From contig NC_042998.1 of assembly GCF_006345805.1 (NCBI RefSeq), positions 46,562,001 to 46,626,000 on the forward strand: a DNA stretch of 64,000 bases, written 5' to 3'. Numbering within the stretch: position 1 is the stretch's first letter; each line of letters starts with the position of its first letter. Shown here in pieces: positions 36,491 through 51,024 of this stretch. The notes under the pieces were generated by a model. That model searched no databases, had not been told where the DNA came from, and saw nothing but the letters and a program-made list of their open reading frames with translations. The position numbers were made by a program, and so were the translations under genes. The stretch comes from Octopus sinensis (Eukaryota).

Positions 36491-37330
36491 TATATATAAA
36501 TGACATACATATATGTGTATATATACATACACATACATACATGCATACATATAAAACTATGGTGGATCTTTAGCCGTAAACCGAGGCTGACATGCGTGGG
36601 AAAGCTTGCCCAGCGTTCTCTCTACTATTACCAGATGGCCAGCTGCCTCATTTTCATATATTGCACTTCCGTTTAACCATTTGACCTTGTTATTTTGTTT
36701 CTTTCGACAAATCGGTTAATATTTCTTAAGGCAAAAACTATCTTATCCGTTATTTGTGTAAAAAGAAAGATGGCAAAAGCAAAACTTCCGACTCGGTAGC
36801 GTTTCACCATCTTTGTTTTGCATATGTTTATATCAAAAATTTTGCGTCTATCTAATATTTTTCTATATTCTTTTATAAATTAGTTTTTTTTATAAATCCA
36901 AAACAATGCAAGTTATAAGAAATGATATAAGTCAATAGTTTATAATTTCTCTCACTTTATATTTCAATATTTCAGAAGTAGGACCCTTCTTCTGGAAATC
37001 TTCTGAAAGATGGTGCTGTGAGCTAACTTCTCCAAAGGGTTCTAATCTTGGAATATTGAAATACAAGGTAAAAGTGCAAACCATCGACTTGTATTACTTC
37101 TCATACAGAAGGCGACAAGCTGTAGAATCGTTAGCACGCCGGGCAAAATACTTAGCAGTATTTTGTATGTCTTCACGTTCTGAGTTCAAATTCCGCCACG
37201 GTCGAATTTGCCTTTCATCATCTCGGGGTCGATAAAATAAGTACTGTTTGAGGAAAGATATCAGTCAAATCGACTTTCCTATGCCCTAAAACTACTGGTC
37301 TTATGTCAATGTTTGAAACAACTGAGACAA

Positions 37331-37725
37331 TGAGTTAGCAGAATCATTAGAACGATGGAGAAAATGCTTAGCGGTAATTTGTCTGCCGCTACGTTCTGAG
37401 TTCAAATTCCGCCGAGGTGGACTTTGCCTTTTATCCTTTCGGGGTCGATTAAATAAGTACCAGTTACGCACTGGGGTAGATGTAATCGACTTAATCCGTG
37501 TGTCTGTCCTTGTTTGTCCCTTCTGTGTTTAACCCCTTGTGGGTAGTAAAGAAATAGGTATTTCTCTGGTTTTATGTTCTGAGTTCTAATCCTGCATAGG
37601 TCGACTCTGCCTTTCATTCTTTCGAGGACGATAAAAAAAGTACCAGCTGAGCACTGGAGTCGATGCAATCGACCAGCCTTCCTCACAAAATTTTAGGACT
37701 TGTGCCTATGGTTAAAAAGAATATC
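37331..37725 (+). mobile_element. Composite family A SINE: old head, young body and tail, then old body and tail
   Basis: The young tail AAGAAATA (ends 37556) is followed directly by GGTATTTC and a second, more diverged body. Confidence 0.8.
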
Positions 37726-38392
37726 GCTTATTGACGGTTATAGGGGAGATGGTGAGAATAAAAAGGATGAGGATGATAATGAGTTTGACGTTGTTGATTA
37801 TAATGCTAATTGATGTTACTAATCGAAGCACACACGAGAACGAAGATATCACGTGGCTAATGAAGGCAATGATGAGACGCTTTTGTTGTAACAGATGATA
37901 ATGATGATGACGGCGACGACTACGATGCAGACGACAGTAATATCCGCAACGATGACTTAACGCAACAGTTACAGCTGTTGCTAATGATGAAGATGATAAT
38001 GGACCCTATCCATACGACCATGAGCATGATGATGAATATGATGATAAATATGGTGGTGACTTTGATAGTTACGAAGGTGGCGAGAAGACAATGACGTCGA
38101 TGCTAACAGCAATGACGATAGCGCTAGCGATAAGCTTAATTATATTATTTGATTATATTATGTCTGGTTATGGTACGAAGTGTTTTATTTCTGCTTTCAG
38201 AACCATACGTTAAATCATTCTCTCATCAATCTACCCACCTATCTACCCGTACATCCAACCACTCATGCAAAAATCCATCCATCCATGCAGTCGATCATCC
38301 ATCTACCCATCCACTTAACCTATATGTACGCGTGTACGTGTATGTATTGCTGTGTGAGTGTGTGTGTGTGCTTGCGTATATATATATATATG

Positions 38393-38431
<39 letters not shown>

Positions 38432-38432
38432 G

Positions 38433-38471
<39 letters not shown>

Positions 38472-38595
38472 GAATGTATGTGTATATATGTATATATATA
38501 TATATAATCATACACATACATACAGCATATATATATATATATATATATACATCCATACATATATATGTATATTATATGTAGGTATATATGTATAA

Positions 38596-38633
<38 letters not shown>

Positions 38634-38906
38634 ACGCGTGCGTACCCTCTCACACACGAACACACGTACACACATATGGTAGTTTGCTCTATATCGCCTC
38701 TAGTTAGACAGTGTCCCTTGAAGTGCAGTGCGCTGAACCTGAAACGATTGTAGTCAGATCAGGCAAGAAGTTGAAACGATAAGAACGTTATTTACTTTAT
38801 AGCTTAATCACCGACGCGAGTTAAACCATGTGTCTGGGTCAGAACTGGTACACATTCAGATCCTTACGCATATTCACTCACACACACACGTACACACACA
38901 CATACG

Positions 38907-38960
<54 letters not shown>

Positions 38961-39245
38961 CTACATTTGTTCATCACCTAGATTGTGAGACACATTCCCA
39001 GAAGCACAATTACATGCACGCCCATATGCCGATATAGTTGAGTCGCGTCACTCAATTAGGGAGTTTAGTGTACAGCAGTAGATTTTTTGCCTAATTACAC
39101 ATACATACACAATTATGTATGTATGTATGTATGTATGTATGTATGTATGTATGTATGTATGTATGTTGTATGTATGTATGTATGCACGTATGTATATATG
39201 TGTGTGTGCGTATGTATGTATGTATGTATGTATGTATGTATGTAT

Positions 39246-39725
39246 GCATGCATATAGGTATATATGTATTTGTTGTTATATATATATGTATATATATGTT
39301 TATATACATATATGTATGTACGTTTGGATCTATACATAACTATGTATATATATATATGTATGTATGTATATATATATGTATATGTGTGTGCATGCGTGTG
39401 TTTGTATAAATATGAATATATGTATATGAATATATATATATATATGCCTGTATATATGTATGTATGTATTATGTATGTATGTATGTATGTATGCATGCAT
39501 ATAGGTATATATGTATTTGTTGTTATATATATATGTATATATATGTTTATATACATATATGTATGTACGTTTGGATCTATATATAACTATGTATATATAT
39601 ATATGTATGTATGTATATATATATGTATATGTGTGTGCATGCGTGTGTTTGTATAAATATGAATATATGTATATGAATATATATATATATATATGCCTGT
39701 ATATATGTATGTATGTATGTATGTA
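39246..39725. repeat. 247-bp tandem duplication of a compound microsatellite
   Basis: Unique anchors (ATAGGTAT, GTTTGGATCTAT, ATGCCTGT) recur 247 bp apart. Confidence 0.85.
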
Positions 39726-40784
39726 TGCATTCATGCATACTGCTGAAATGCCAATGATTGAGAAAAAAGGACATTGAAAGGAGAAAATTGAGTCTTTTAA
39801 AACATGGCGGATGTGGTTTATGATATTTTGTAGTGTTTGAGACGATTACATTAACTTATATTTATGAATGTACATGATAACATAGATTCAACAATGAAGA
39901 TGAACAATGAGGACTAGTAGTGTGTGTGTTACATTTTAAGGCACAAAAAGAAAATGACTCTACCCAGACACAACAGAATATGCTTCAACACACGAACTCA
40001 TATAAAGAATCTTGCAAACCAAATCCAAAAACGAAAAACAGAACAGGAAAAAATTAAAATAATATTAAACTTATCATTATTACATATATTCTTTCTCTAA
40101 AATCACACAGAAAGTTATCAAGCAGTAAGATAATTAAATTTTAATTAGAAAATGTACAAACACAAACGCGCATGCGCATACACACACACACACACTCTCA
40201 CATATACACATAATTTGATACCAGTAATTTGACTAGTTACTCAAAATCTTTGTTTTTTCTTAGGAGGGCGAGTTAGACATTTTTCTTCTATCATATAGTA
40301 GATCATCAGCACATACTTGACCAATTTAAAATGGAAAGAAATTCAAACAGATTTGATATGCAAATTTTCTTACGCTGTTGTTTGGTAGCCTTAAGAATGA
40401 TCATTCGTCTCCTTCTTGTTCATTCAGATTTTAGAATTCTCTTTATTTTTAGGTGGTTTTTACTTTTAGAGAGCAAATTTCCTTTCACGTCTGTCATTTA
40501 GAGAAGAGAAAAAGAAAGAGGAAAAGAAATTGAAAACAATTTTACCCTTCCATTTTTATTAATTCTTATATATTACACAGGTCTACGATAAAAAAATTGT
40601 TTCGCAATTATTGGGTGAAATTGATTAATTTTTACACGATAATTTCAAAAATTACAAAGAAATTAACCTATCATGTACAGTTTCTTCACAAAATCAATAA
40701 TTGCATTTTACCACTATGCCCGAATTTGACTATTGTCCTTATTATTACTTTTAACTGCTATATTTAAATAGACGTCAACAGTTT

Positions 40785-41199
40785 AGCGCAGGAGTGGCTG
40801 TGTGGTAAGTAGCTTGCTAACCAACCACATGGTTCCGGGTTCAGTCCCACTGCGTGGCATCTTGGGCAAGTGTCTTCTACTATAGCCCCGGGCCGACCAA
40901 TGGAGTCTTTTAAAAGATTTGGTAGACGGAAACTGAAAGAAGCCTGTCGTATATATGTATATATATATATATATATGTGTGTGTGTTTGTGTGTCTGCGT
41001 TTGTCCCCCTAGCATTGCTTGACAACCGATGCTGGTGTGTTTACGTCCCCGTCACTTAGCGGTTCGTCAAAAGAGACCGATAGAATAAGTACTGGGCTTA
41101 TAAAGAATAAGTCCCGGGGTCGAGTTGCTCGATTAAAGGCGGTGCTCCAGCATGGCCGCAGTCAAATGACTGAAACAAGTAAAAGAGTAAAGAGAGAGT
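40785..41199 (+). mobile_element. SINE family B, full length
   Basis: Near-identical to 24753-25156. Confidence 0.9.
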
Positions 41200-42546
41200 T
41201 TAACTAATAAGCATAATTTTGAAAAATAAGAACCTGGCAATGTTCAGATCACTTCAGCTACACAGAGATGTGCCAGCTTCACTGCAGCTTCAGTTATCCA
41301 CAAGCAGGGAGGAAAGAAAGACGCGCTTTAGAAGGTCACGTTACTAAGTTTAAAACATCTTTTTTTTTTATATTTCAGTTATTTCCTCATACCTTTTACG
41401 TTTTAATAATTAAAATGTAGACAATGGCTTCTGAGTTTGTCCGATATTCTAATTTTGTCTGTCTAAGGCGGTGAGCTGTCAGAGCCGTTAGCACGCTGGG
41501 CAAAATACTTTGCAGCATTTCGTTCACTTTTACGTCGTCCTGAGTTCAAATTTCACCGAGGTCAGCTTTGTCTTTCATCCTTTCAGAGTTGATAAAATAA
41601 CAGTTGAGCACTGGGGGTCGATGTAATCGACTAGTCCCTTCCCTATAGTAGAAAGGATTATATTTTTCTGTCAAGATGTCAAGATGTCAGAATACCAGAC
41701 AACTTGGGTTGCAGCATTTAACTGGGTTATATAACGTTTGGAGTTCTAATCCTTCTGAAGATTAGTTTACTCTTCATTTCTAAAATATCTACTTGCCAAA
41801 TACTGAGGCCAATTAAATGTTATACTTCATTTGAACAAAATCGTTTCTTTAGAATATAAGAAATTATTATCTTACCTGCTTTTGAGGGCAGTGAATTAGC
41901 AGACTTATTAGAACAACTCATTAACTACCTCATTAACTACCCCCGCCAACAAAAACGTTATCTAAAAGCTACCACCAACTCAAGGGTTCGCAAATACATA
42001 AAATTTGGGAATTTGGGAATGACCGTGGGAGTTGATACCAATCCCATAACATATATATCAGAAACCTACCTGTTGCCAAACCTTGCTCTGCAACTTTCCG
42101 TCTTTCCAAATCATATGTTATCAAAATATTTCGTCTTTTATTTTTCACTTTTTGTTTCCTCTTCCAGACTTACCATTCCTCTCCGTTATATAATTCAATT
42201 CTTTAACTTCTCTCTTAATCTTTTATGCACGTCTCTTTAACTCTCTTATATGAATATTTCTTATACATCTTCTTTTTTCTTTCCTCTCCCATTTCTTCCC
42301 CGCTCTCTCTCTCTCCTTCTCTCTTTCTGTCTCCAACATTTTCTACACTTTACATCGAGCACACGCACTTTCTTATCTCTTCTTTCTTCTGTGCCTTATC
42401 AAATGTTCAACCTTTTGTTTGATATGCTAACCTTATCGTTTTTGTTACGCCAGTGTTGCTTACGTAGGCCTAAAAAACCGAGGGGGTTAGTTGTTGCTAT
42501 TTTTGTTGTTGTTGTTGTTGTTGTTGTTCTTCTTCTTCTTCTTTAT

Positions 42547-42589
<43 letters not shown>

Positions 42590-42793
42590 AATTCTTTCCA
42601 AATATAGACTTAACATTAAAAGAAAAAAAGTAGTCACACGCACACACACACATACACATGCACATACACACAGACATAACATACATACACACATATACAT
42701 TCATGCATACACACGCGCGCGCACACACACACGTACGTACTCACACATACATATATATATGCGCATGTGCACGTTTATGTATGTATACACACA

Positions 42794-42844
<51 letters not shown>

Positions 42845-43969
42845 GTATGTCTATGTTTGCACATGTGTCTATGTGTACACCTGTGTATGTGTGTGTGTCT
42901 CTGTGTGTGTATGTGTTTTTGTGTGTGTGCGTACGCGAGACATTCTGAGGGGGCAAGAGAGCACACAATTATTTACGTCGGGCCGCCATGTGAGAAATAT
43001 ACGGATTACGGCATCTCATGGCCACATATTCAAGTAGTTAGCGATCAACAAGATAACGTGAAAGACGCGATAGTGAAATGATCGCGGCAACGACTCCAGC
43101 TTTCATTTTGATCAGCGCTACAATGGCGGTATATGGTCATTATTGTTTATTTCTTAGGCTGAATGTTAACGTTACAACGGCTGAAAACCTCTTAACGGCA
43201 CAAACTCAAATCTAAAGACATAAGCTCAAGAATGGCTGTTGTGGCTAACAAATTCACTTTGCAATCATATGGTTCCTGAATTGAATTCACTTCACTTTGA
43301 AGTATTGTTTATAGTAGCCTGCTTGAAAGAAACTGATCTGGTAGAGACTGTGATGAAGCCCGTTCGATAGATCATATTGGTTCTTGGTTGACAGACTTAA
43401 TTCAATATTCACTTAAATACTACTTTCAGCTCTTGGTTGCCTTTAGCGGAATCATATCAGCTATATCAAATATATGTATATATGAGTGTGTGCATTTGTG
43501 TTTATATGCGCGCGCATGTAAATATGTATGTATGTATGTATATGAGTGTGTATGTGTGAATGTGTGATTGTGTGTGTATAGTTATCATTTTACTTGCTTT
43601 AGTCACTGGACTGCGGCCATATTGGGGCACTGTCTAGAATTTAAAGTCTATTATCTATTCTATCGTTTTGTTTGTTTAGAAGGATGTAAACAAAAGGAAC
43701 ACTCCGGTTGTCAAGTCGTGAAACTGAGACAAACAATAAAAGATGCCAACACACAAGCGCGCGCAAAAGATGTACATACACAGACACACACACATACTCT
43801 CACACACGAACACACACATACTAAACACATTTTCTTTCTCTCTCTCTCTCCCTCTCTCCCTCTCTCTCACACACAGATACACATAAACGACGGGTTGCCA
43901 CAGTGTTTCCGTCATCCAAATTCAGTCACAAGGTAATGATCTAAGCGGGGTTAAAATGAAAGACAATTG

Positions 43970-44350
43970 CTGTATGTCCAGCACATCCGTCGACATATTC
44001 GTTTTCAGTCTCCAAAATACTTTTCCCGGACAAAAGACTTTGAGAGTTTCAAAGCTGATTTAATGAACATCATCAAGAAGGCAAAATTTCGGGATCGTCC
44101 GACCCACTTCTTAAACTCTTTAAACAGCTACATAGTACAAATCAAAGCATCATTCTCGCTCACAATACAAAGAACATTTATGAAACAAGCACTCTCACGC
44201 ATACATGACATCCTATGAACCCAATCACCAAAATTTACAAGAAAAATCCGTATTTCTACATACAACGATGCAAACACTGAAGCAAAAGACCTAAAGGATA
44301 ATGTGGACTACCTCGTCGCCTACCTATATCACGCTTCAAGACCATAAGCC
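43970..44350 (+). pseudogene. Penelope/Poseidon-type ORF N-terminal fragment (upstream of RT)
   Basis: RFQSPK...FESFKADLMNIIKKAKFR...FLNSL...IKAS, then TKIYKK and N.EAK...YITLQDH-like after frameshifts. Confidence 0.7.
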
Positions 44351-45025
44351 AAACATCTTTTCTAATCTTAGATGTAGACAAATTGACGTGTCTTAAACAT
44401 TTTATATATATATATACTATCTACTCCTTATTTCGAGTATTGGACGACAATATTAATCGTTGGAGGTAGTTGCTCCCACAAAAGCCAAAATAAAATTTTG
44501 GATTTATGAAGGGTTAAAGTTGGGAACAAAAACAGGACAGTGGAGACCGAACGAAAACAAACATGGAGGGTCGTTAAACCAGAACGAAGGTAGAATAGCG
44601 AACACTGGAGAAATATTTTCTTTGGCAAGAGAAAAGATAGAAGAGAGAGAAAAAACACCATACGTCCAACCTCTAGGACAGTCCTAAAAGAAAAGAAAGA
44701 TGATCACGCGAGGAAAAGAAAGATGGACGATGGTCACGTGTGAACAACAAGTGGGAGTAAAGGAGAAAGAGAGAGAGAGGGAGTGAGATAGAGAACGGTG
44801 AAGGGGAGAAAAACGGAATTAGAGAAAGGATGAGAGATGAAACGATAGAGGGATAGGGCAGTATAGGGTTGAGTCGCATCAAAAAGATTAAGGTCAACTT
44901 ACTTGGAAATGGGCGCATGGCATTCAATCAAATAATGATATAAATAATACACACACAAACACACATATATATGCATATATGGATACAGAACGTTACAAAC
45001 ACACACACACACACATACACATATA

Positions 45026-46598
45026 CAGTATCTTACAGAAGTATGTACACCTCTAAAAAATTTCTGTAAAATTGCCATTAGTCTGATAAAATCGAAGAAT
45101 ATCAAACGAAATTTGTACTGAATAAAATATTTTATACATGCAAACATTATACAAATTTGGAACACAAAACAATAAACATTTTCAACGATATGAACGAAGT
45201 ATTAATTTTCAAACGTTACAAAAATAAGTACACCCTAATGGAAATTTGCTATATTCAATATTTTATCCACCTTTTTTTTACTAAATTCAGGTACTGCTGA
45301 TAATTTTAATTCTAATAAATTATTTCTCCTGATATTTTTGCACCGATCATTGCTACTGCATCTGCAGGGATTCTGATTTGTGTACCATGGTGAAAATCTT
45401 CTTGATTGTAATTAAAATGGCACCAAAAGGGAAAGAATTGCCTGAAGATTTGAAGAGAATTATTTCTAAGTTGTGCAAGAATGGTTTAGGATACAAGTTA
45501 ATTAGCAAACGAATACATATTGGCATAAACATAGTTACCAAAATAATTCAGAAGTACAAAGCTACTGAACGGCTAAGCAATAAACATCGACCAGGTCGTC
45601 CTTCTATTTGAACAGCTGGTGATGTTCGCCTCATCCAACGTTGCGTGATGGATGGCAGGCGTCGTACCGCTTCATCTTCGGCCCAAGAAATATCTTCTGT
45701 TAGTCGAAAGAATGTAAACTCCCAGACAGTTCGCTGAAGTTTGAACCAGTGTGGTCTTCCTGGACATATTCCTCGTAGGAAGACTATCCTCACCACGATG
45801 CATAAATCAAATCGTCCTTCTTTTGCCAAAACTTATGTGAGTAAGGGGAAAGAGTTTGGGAATAAAATTCTTTTCTCTGGCGAGACTAAAGTCAACTTGT
45901 TTGGGTCAGATGTTATTAAACGAGTATGGCGACGACCAGGTGAAGATAATAGTGACAAATGCACCGTGCCTACTGTTAAAGACAGCGGCGGAAGTGCTAA
46001 GCTTTGGGGATGCTTGAGTGCGGCTGGTGTTCAAGGTTATATTGTAACATATTGCAGAAAACAATATTGAATAGTATCAAGAAACTAGGAAGACATTCAG
46101 TGTCCCAATATGATAATGACCCTAAACACACTTCAAAGATGACGACTAAGTTTTATTAGATAATAAATGTAAAGGTATTGCTTTGGCCTACCATGTTGCA
46201 TGATTGAAAATCAACACAACATCTGTGGGGTGTTTTGAAATGGAAGGTTGAAAAGAAAAACTCCACGATGGAACACAGTCGAAACACATTCATTTAGGGT
46301 GAATAGAGGTCGATTTCATTGGTCATATGCAGAAATTTAGTCGACTCTATGCCCAGAAGACTTGATGCAGTCATTGAAAGCAAGGGCGGTCACACCAAAT
46401 ATTGAAAATAGCAAATAATCCTTTAGGGTGTACATATTTTAATATCGTTTAAAAATTAATATTTTCTTCATATGTTTGAAAATGTTTATTGCTTTGTGTT
46501 CCAAATTTGTATGATGTTTGCAGGTATAATATATTTTATTCAGTATAAATTTCGTTTGAGTTCCTTTGATATTGGTAATTTTACTGAATTTTTTTAGT
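45026..46598 (+). mobile_element. Tc1-like transposon with long (about 200 bp) IR/DR-type TIRs; right end truncated
   Basis: Starts TA|CAGTATCTTACAGAAGTATGTACACC; inner repeat AAGTACACCCT at about 45227; rc of the left TIR at about 46420-46598. Confidence 0.88.
45417..46405 (+). pseudogene. Tc1 transposase pseudogene
   Basis: MAPKGKEL..., GRP, ILFSGETKVNLFGSD (D>G), YDNDPKHTSK, QHLW, MPRRLDAVIESKGGHTKY*; internal stops and a deletion. Confidence 0.9.
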
Positions 46599-47446
46599 GC
46601 CTAATCTAAATATAAGATTTGCTTATTATGACTCTCAGAACTTTTCCATTTTTCAATATGACCCTCGCATCACATATCTGCCAGTGTCTAGAATCTGTTA
46701 TTAGTATCTACGCCTTATACTCGTCTGACCTACTCCATCACTCTCTAATTGTTTTTACTGGTTTCAAAACCAACTCAAGTGTCTTACATATGAGAATTCA
46801 TTGCTCTTAATTTCCAAAACTGTTGTTACTGAAACAATGATAGCTACTCCTCTGGCAGCCGGCTCGTGTCGTCTATTACGACAGCTTGAAAACCCACTTG
46901 AGATGTATGGTTATCTACGTATATGTGTGCTTATGTATCTACATTTTGCGGAAAACTGGCGGTGTCATGAATATATTTACATACATACAAATACATACAC
47001 AAAAAACAGACAAATATACACTCATGCGTGTTGTGAACGATGTGTGTGGTGGGGTATGAGCAAGTGTATAATTTTACTAAATAGACACATATACTATATA
47101 CACATATCAAAATAAACCGCTAATACAAATAAGGTAGATGACGTGAGGATCATTCTTTCGCTATACATACAAACAGACTCATGATCTCTCTACACAGGTG
47201 TGCCTAACGCTTTAGCTGTCTTTCTTGTCGTCCATCGTTCTTGCTCTCTCTCTCTCTCCCGCGTTCTCTATCTATCTCTATGTATGTATGTATGTATGTA
47301 TGTATGTATGTATGTATGTATGTATGTATGTATGTATGTATGTATTCATGTATGTACGTGTGTATATATGTACGTACGTATGTAAGTATGCATACATGTG
47401 CGTATGTAAGTACGTACGTATGTATGAACATATGTATGTATGCATG

Positions 47447-47495
<49 letters not shown>

Positions 47496-47574
47496 CTATT
47501 TATCTGTCTGTCTGTCTATCTATCTATCTCTATTTATCTGTCTGTCTGTCTATCTATCTCTATTTATCTGTCTG

Positions 47575-47666
<92 letters not shown>

Positions 47667-48148
47667 CCTACCTACCTATCTACCTACCTACCTACATACC
47701 TACATACCTACATGCCTGTCTGTCTGTCAGTCTGCTTACCGCTTGGCCCCCCCCTCTCTCTCGATCTTTCCCTTTCTTATATATGTTCCTCTGTGGATGT
47801 GTGTGTGTACGCGTGTGTATGTGTGTGTGTACGCGCGTGTGTGTGATCATAGAAATATGATAAATATAACTTATATCCAAATACATAAATCACAGATATA
47901 CTTTCAAATAGTCAAAACACAGATGCGTGCACGGTCTCTCTCTTTCTTTATCTATACAATATACACAAGCACACGCTCTTTCACACGTGCGCATGCGCAT
48001 ACCATACCGTGGCATTAGAAAATAGTTCGATGGCCACTCCTGGGTAGGTTATATTTTATTTTATTTCATTTCATTTCTTTTTTTGTTGTTATTTTGGTCT
48101 AATTTCGAAACCGATGAGAAAATGTTATTTTAAGGTTTCATTACTCAC

Positions 48149-48174
48149 GGCAGGAACACCACTGGCTGCGAAGT
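48149..48174 (-). CDS. Candidate 26-nt micro-exon
   Basis: Long pyrimidine tract plus aag acceptor, donor gtgagt; in phase with candidate 48714-48770. Confidence 0.25.
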
Positions 48175-48317
48175 CTTTGCAATAAAAGGGAGAAGTAAAA
48201 AAGAAAAAACTCCACACAAAACAAAACAAAATAATAATAATATAAAATAATAATAATAATAATAATATAATAATAATAATAATAGTAATAATATTAATAT
48301 TAAAAATAATAATAGTG

Positions 48318-48366
<49 letters not shown>

Positions 48367-48392
48367 TAATAATGATAATAATAATAGTAATG

Positions 48393-48437
<45 letters not shown>

Positions 48438-48484
48438 GTGATAATAATATAATATAATAATAATAATAATAATATAATAATATA

Positions 48485-48521
<37 letters not shown>

Positions 48522-48532
48522 TAATAATAACC

Positions 48533-48568
<36 letters not shown>

Positions 48569-48713
48569 GTAATAATAATAATAATAATAGTAATAATATT
48601 AATATTAAAAATAATAATAAAAATACATAAATGAATAAAAGCCAAAGCAAAAGTAAAACGAAGCCATAATCAACGTGAAATATAAGGAAAAAAATGAAAC
48701 GAATGCCACAAAC

Positions 48714-48770
48714 CTTCAAGATTGGGCAGCAGCGACAATGTGTATTATGCCAAGAGTTTCGGTAAATAAT
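48714..48770 (-). CDS. Candidate 57-nt exon (IIYRNSWHNTHCRCCPILK)
   Basis: Acceptor ttctcag, weak donor gtttgt, only one open frame. Confidence 0.2.
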
Positions 48771-49287
48771 CTGAGAATGTTTATGTTGAACAAAGCCAAA
48801 AGGTTAAATATATACGAGACAATTTTACTTTTGAAATTTGTTGGAAATTTTTTTTTGGTAAGGTATTTTATATTGCGTGTTTGTTGTTTCTCTTGTTGTT
48901 GTTGATAGCCGTTATTTTCGTTGGTGGTGGTGTTGTATTTTGAAGGTAGAGGTAACGCTTGTATATGGGGAGGTCGGTGGGATATCATATTTGTTTATTT
49001 GAATGAAGGAGACGTTGGAGAGTGGTGTGAGGAGAAATATGATGTGATGTTCTACAGTGTGCTGGTGGTGGTGGTTTGTGTGTGTGTGTGTAGTGTCAAT
49101 GGTATCTGAATTATACAGGTTGTTGTTTTTTCTCTTTTCCTTTTTAATTTTTGGGAGACTCGTTTGGAGAACTAACATAGTTTTGACAAGCATTCTGAGA
49201 CGTCATGGAGACACACGCACGCACACACACACACACACACATACACACACAAGCATTTTCATACATACGTATTTCTATGTATGTATG

Positions 49288-49321
<34 letters not shown>

Positions 49322-49331
49322 TGTATGTATG

Positions 49332-49363
<32 letters not shown>

Positions 49364-49752
49364 CAAGTATGTATTTATGTATGTGTGTGTGCGCGTGTAC
49401 GTGCACGCATATATATGTATGTACATATATATATGAAAATATATAGTTATGTATATACACACTACAACACACACACACACATCCACATACACACACACAC
49501 ATAACACAGAATGACCGGAGAAAAAGTATTTAGAGGATCATAATGTACCCTATCGTAAAACACAAATTCGATAGTGAAAGTTCCAATTAACTGTAACTAC
49601 AAAATTAACAGTAAAAAATTCCTTCAACTTGTGTTCAAAATGCACAATATAATAGATCAGCTAGATAACTCCAATACTGTCAATTAATTGTAAAGTTTTA
49701 AAAAAATATAGAAAATATTGTATGAGAGTGGAAATCATGAGATATTTATATC

Positions 49753-50533
49753 TATTTCTTTACTATCCACAAGGGGATACACACAGAGGTGACAAACAAG
49801 GACAGACAAACGGATAAAGTCGATTATATCAACCCCAGTGCGTAACTGGTACTTAATTTATCGACCCCGAAAGGATGAAAGGCAAAGTCGGCCTCGGCGG
49901 AATTTGAACTCAGAACGTAATGCCAGACAAAATATGTTTCTTTACTACCCACAAGGGGCTAAACACAGAGGGGACAAACAGGGACAGACAAACGGATTAA
50001 GTCGATTACATCGACCTCAATGCGTAACTGGTACTTAATTTATCGACCCCGAAAGGATGAAAGGCAAAGTCGACCTCGGCAGAATTTGAACTCAGAACGT
50101 AATGCCAGACGAGATATGTTTCTTTATTACCCACAAGGGTTTAAACATAGAGGGGACAAACAAAGAAAAGACAAACGGATTAAGTCGATTACATCAACCC
50201 CAGTGCGTAACTGGTACTTAATTTATCGACCCCGAAAGGATGAAAGGCAAAGTCGACCTCGGCGGAATTTGAACTCAGAACGTAATGCCAGACGAGATAT
50301 GTTTCTTTATTACCCACAAGGGGTTAAACATAGAGCGGACAAACAAAGAAAAGACAAACGGATTAAGTCGATTACATCGACCCCAGTGCGTAACTGGTAC
50401 TTAATTTATCGACCCCGAAAGGATGAAAGGCAAAGTCGATCTCGGCGGAATTTGAACTAAGAACGTAACGGCAGACGAAATACGGCTACGCATTTCGCCC
50501 GGCGTGCTAACGGTTCTGCCAGCTCGCCGCCTT
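49753..50533 (-). mobile_element. Family A SINE tetramer (one head, four bodies; period 182-183 bp)
   Basis: Units start at 49753, 49935, 50117 and 50300; 17-bp TSD CATGASATATTTATATC at 49736-49752 and 50534-50550. Confidence 0.92.
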
Positions 50534-50952
50534 CATGACATATTTATATCATCGATAGATGGATACACTGACATACAGAATAAAAAGATTGATAAATTTG
50601 TAGTTAAGTTAGTGTTGATGCATTTAATTTAGGAAGCATAGAAAATGTAATTAGAAAAGAATAAGCTGCACTGAAAAAATTATATTTATCATTGGCTAAT
50701 ATTACCTTGTTTCTTTGATAAGTACGGGAGAAGACATCAGACTTCTTACAATGTTATTAAACCTCATCAGGGAAGCATATACTTCCCTGTACTTACTAAA
50801 CGATATTTTTCAGACCCAACTATATTGTCTGAAGATGTATATAAACTCGGGTTTTTACATGCTGAACCTATAATAGGTAAAATAGTTAAAGGGTAATTTG
50901 AAGAAAAACAAACAAAAGAAAGTGGCTAACGATCTATCACGGCGACTGATAT

Positions 50953-51024
<72 letters not shown>

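Noticed and set aside
42980-42995. Kozak-like GCCGCCATG
   Set aside because: Followed immediately by TGA, with no promoter or CpG-island context.
49753-50533. CRISPR-like or tandem-hammerhead array
   Set aside because: Units are 182-bp SINE bodies with no unique spacers, and no CUGANGA/GAAA core on either strand.
50700-50775. CUGAUGA at 50764-50770 (minus); also 60836 (plus)
   Set aside because: No paired stem II or properly placed GAAA/NUH.
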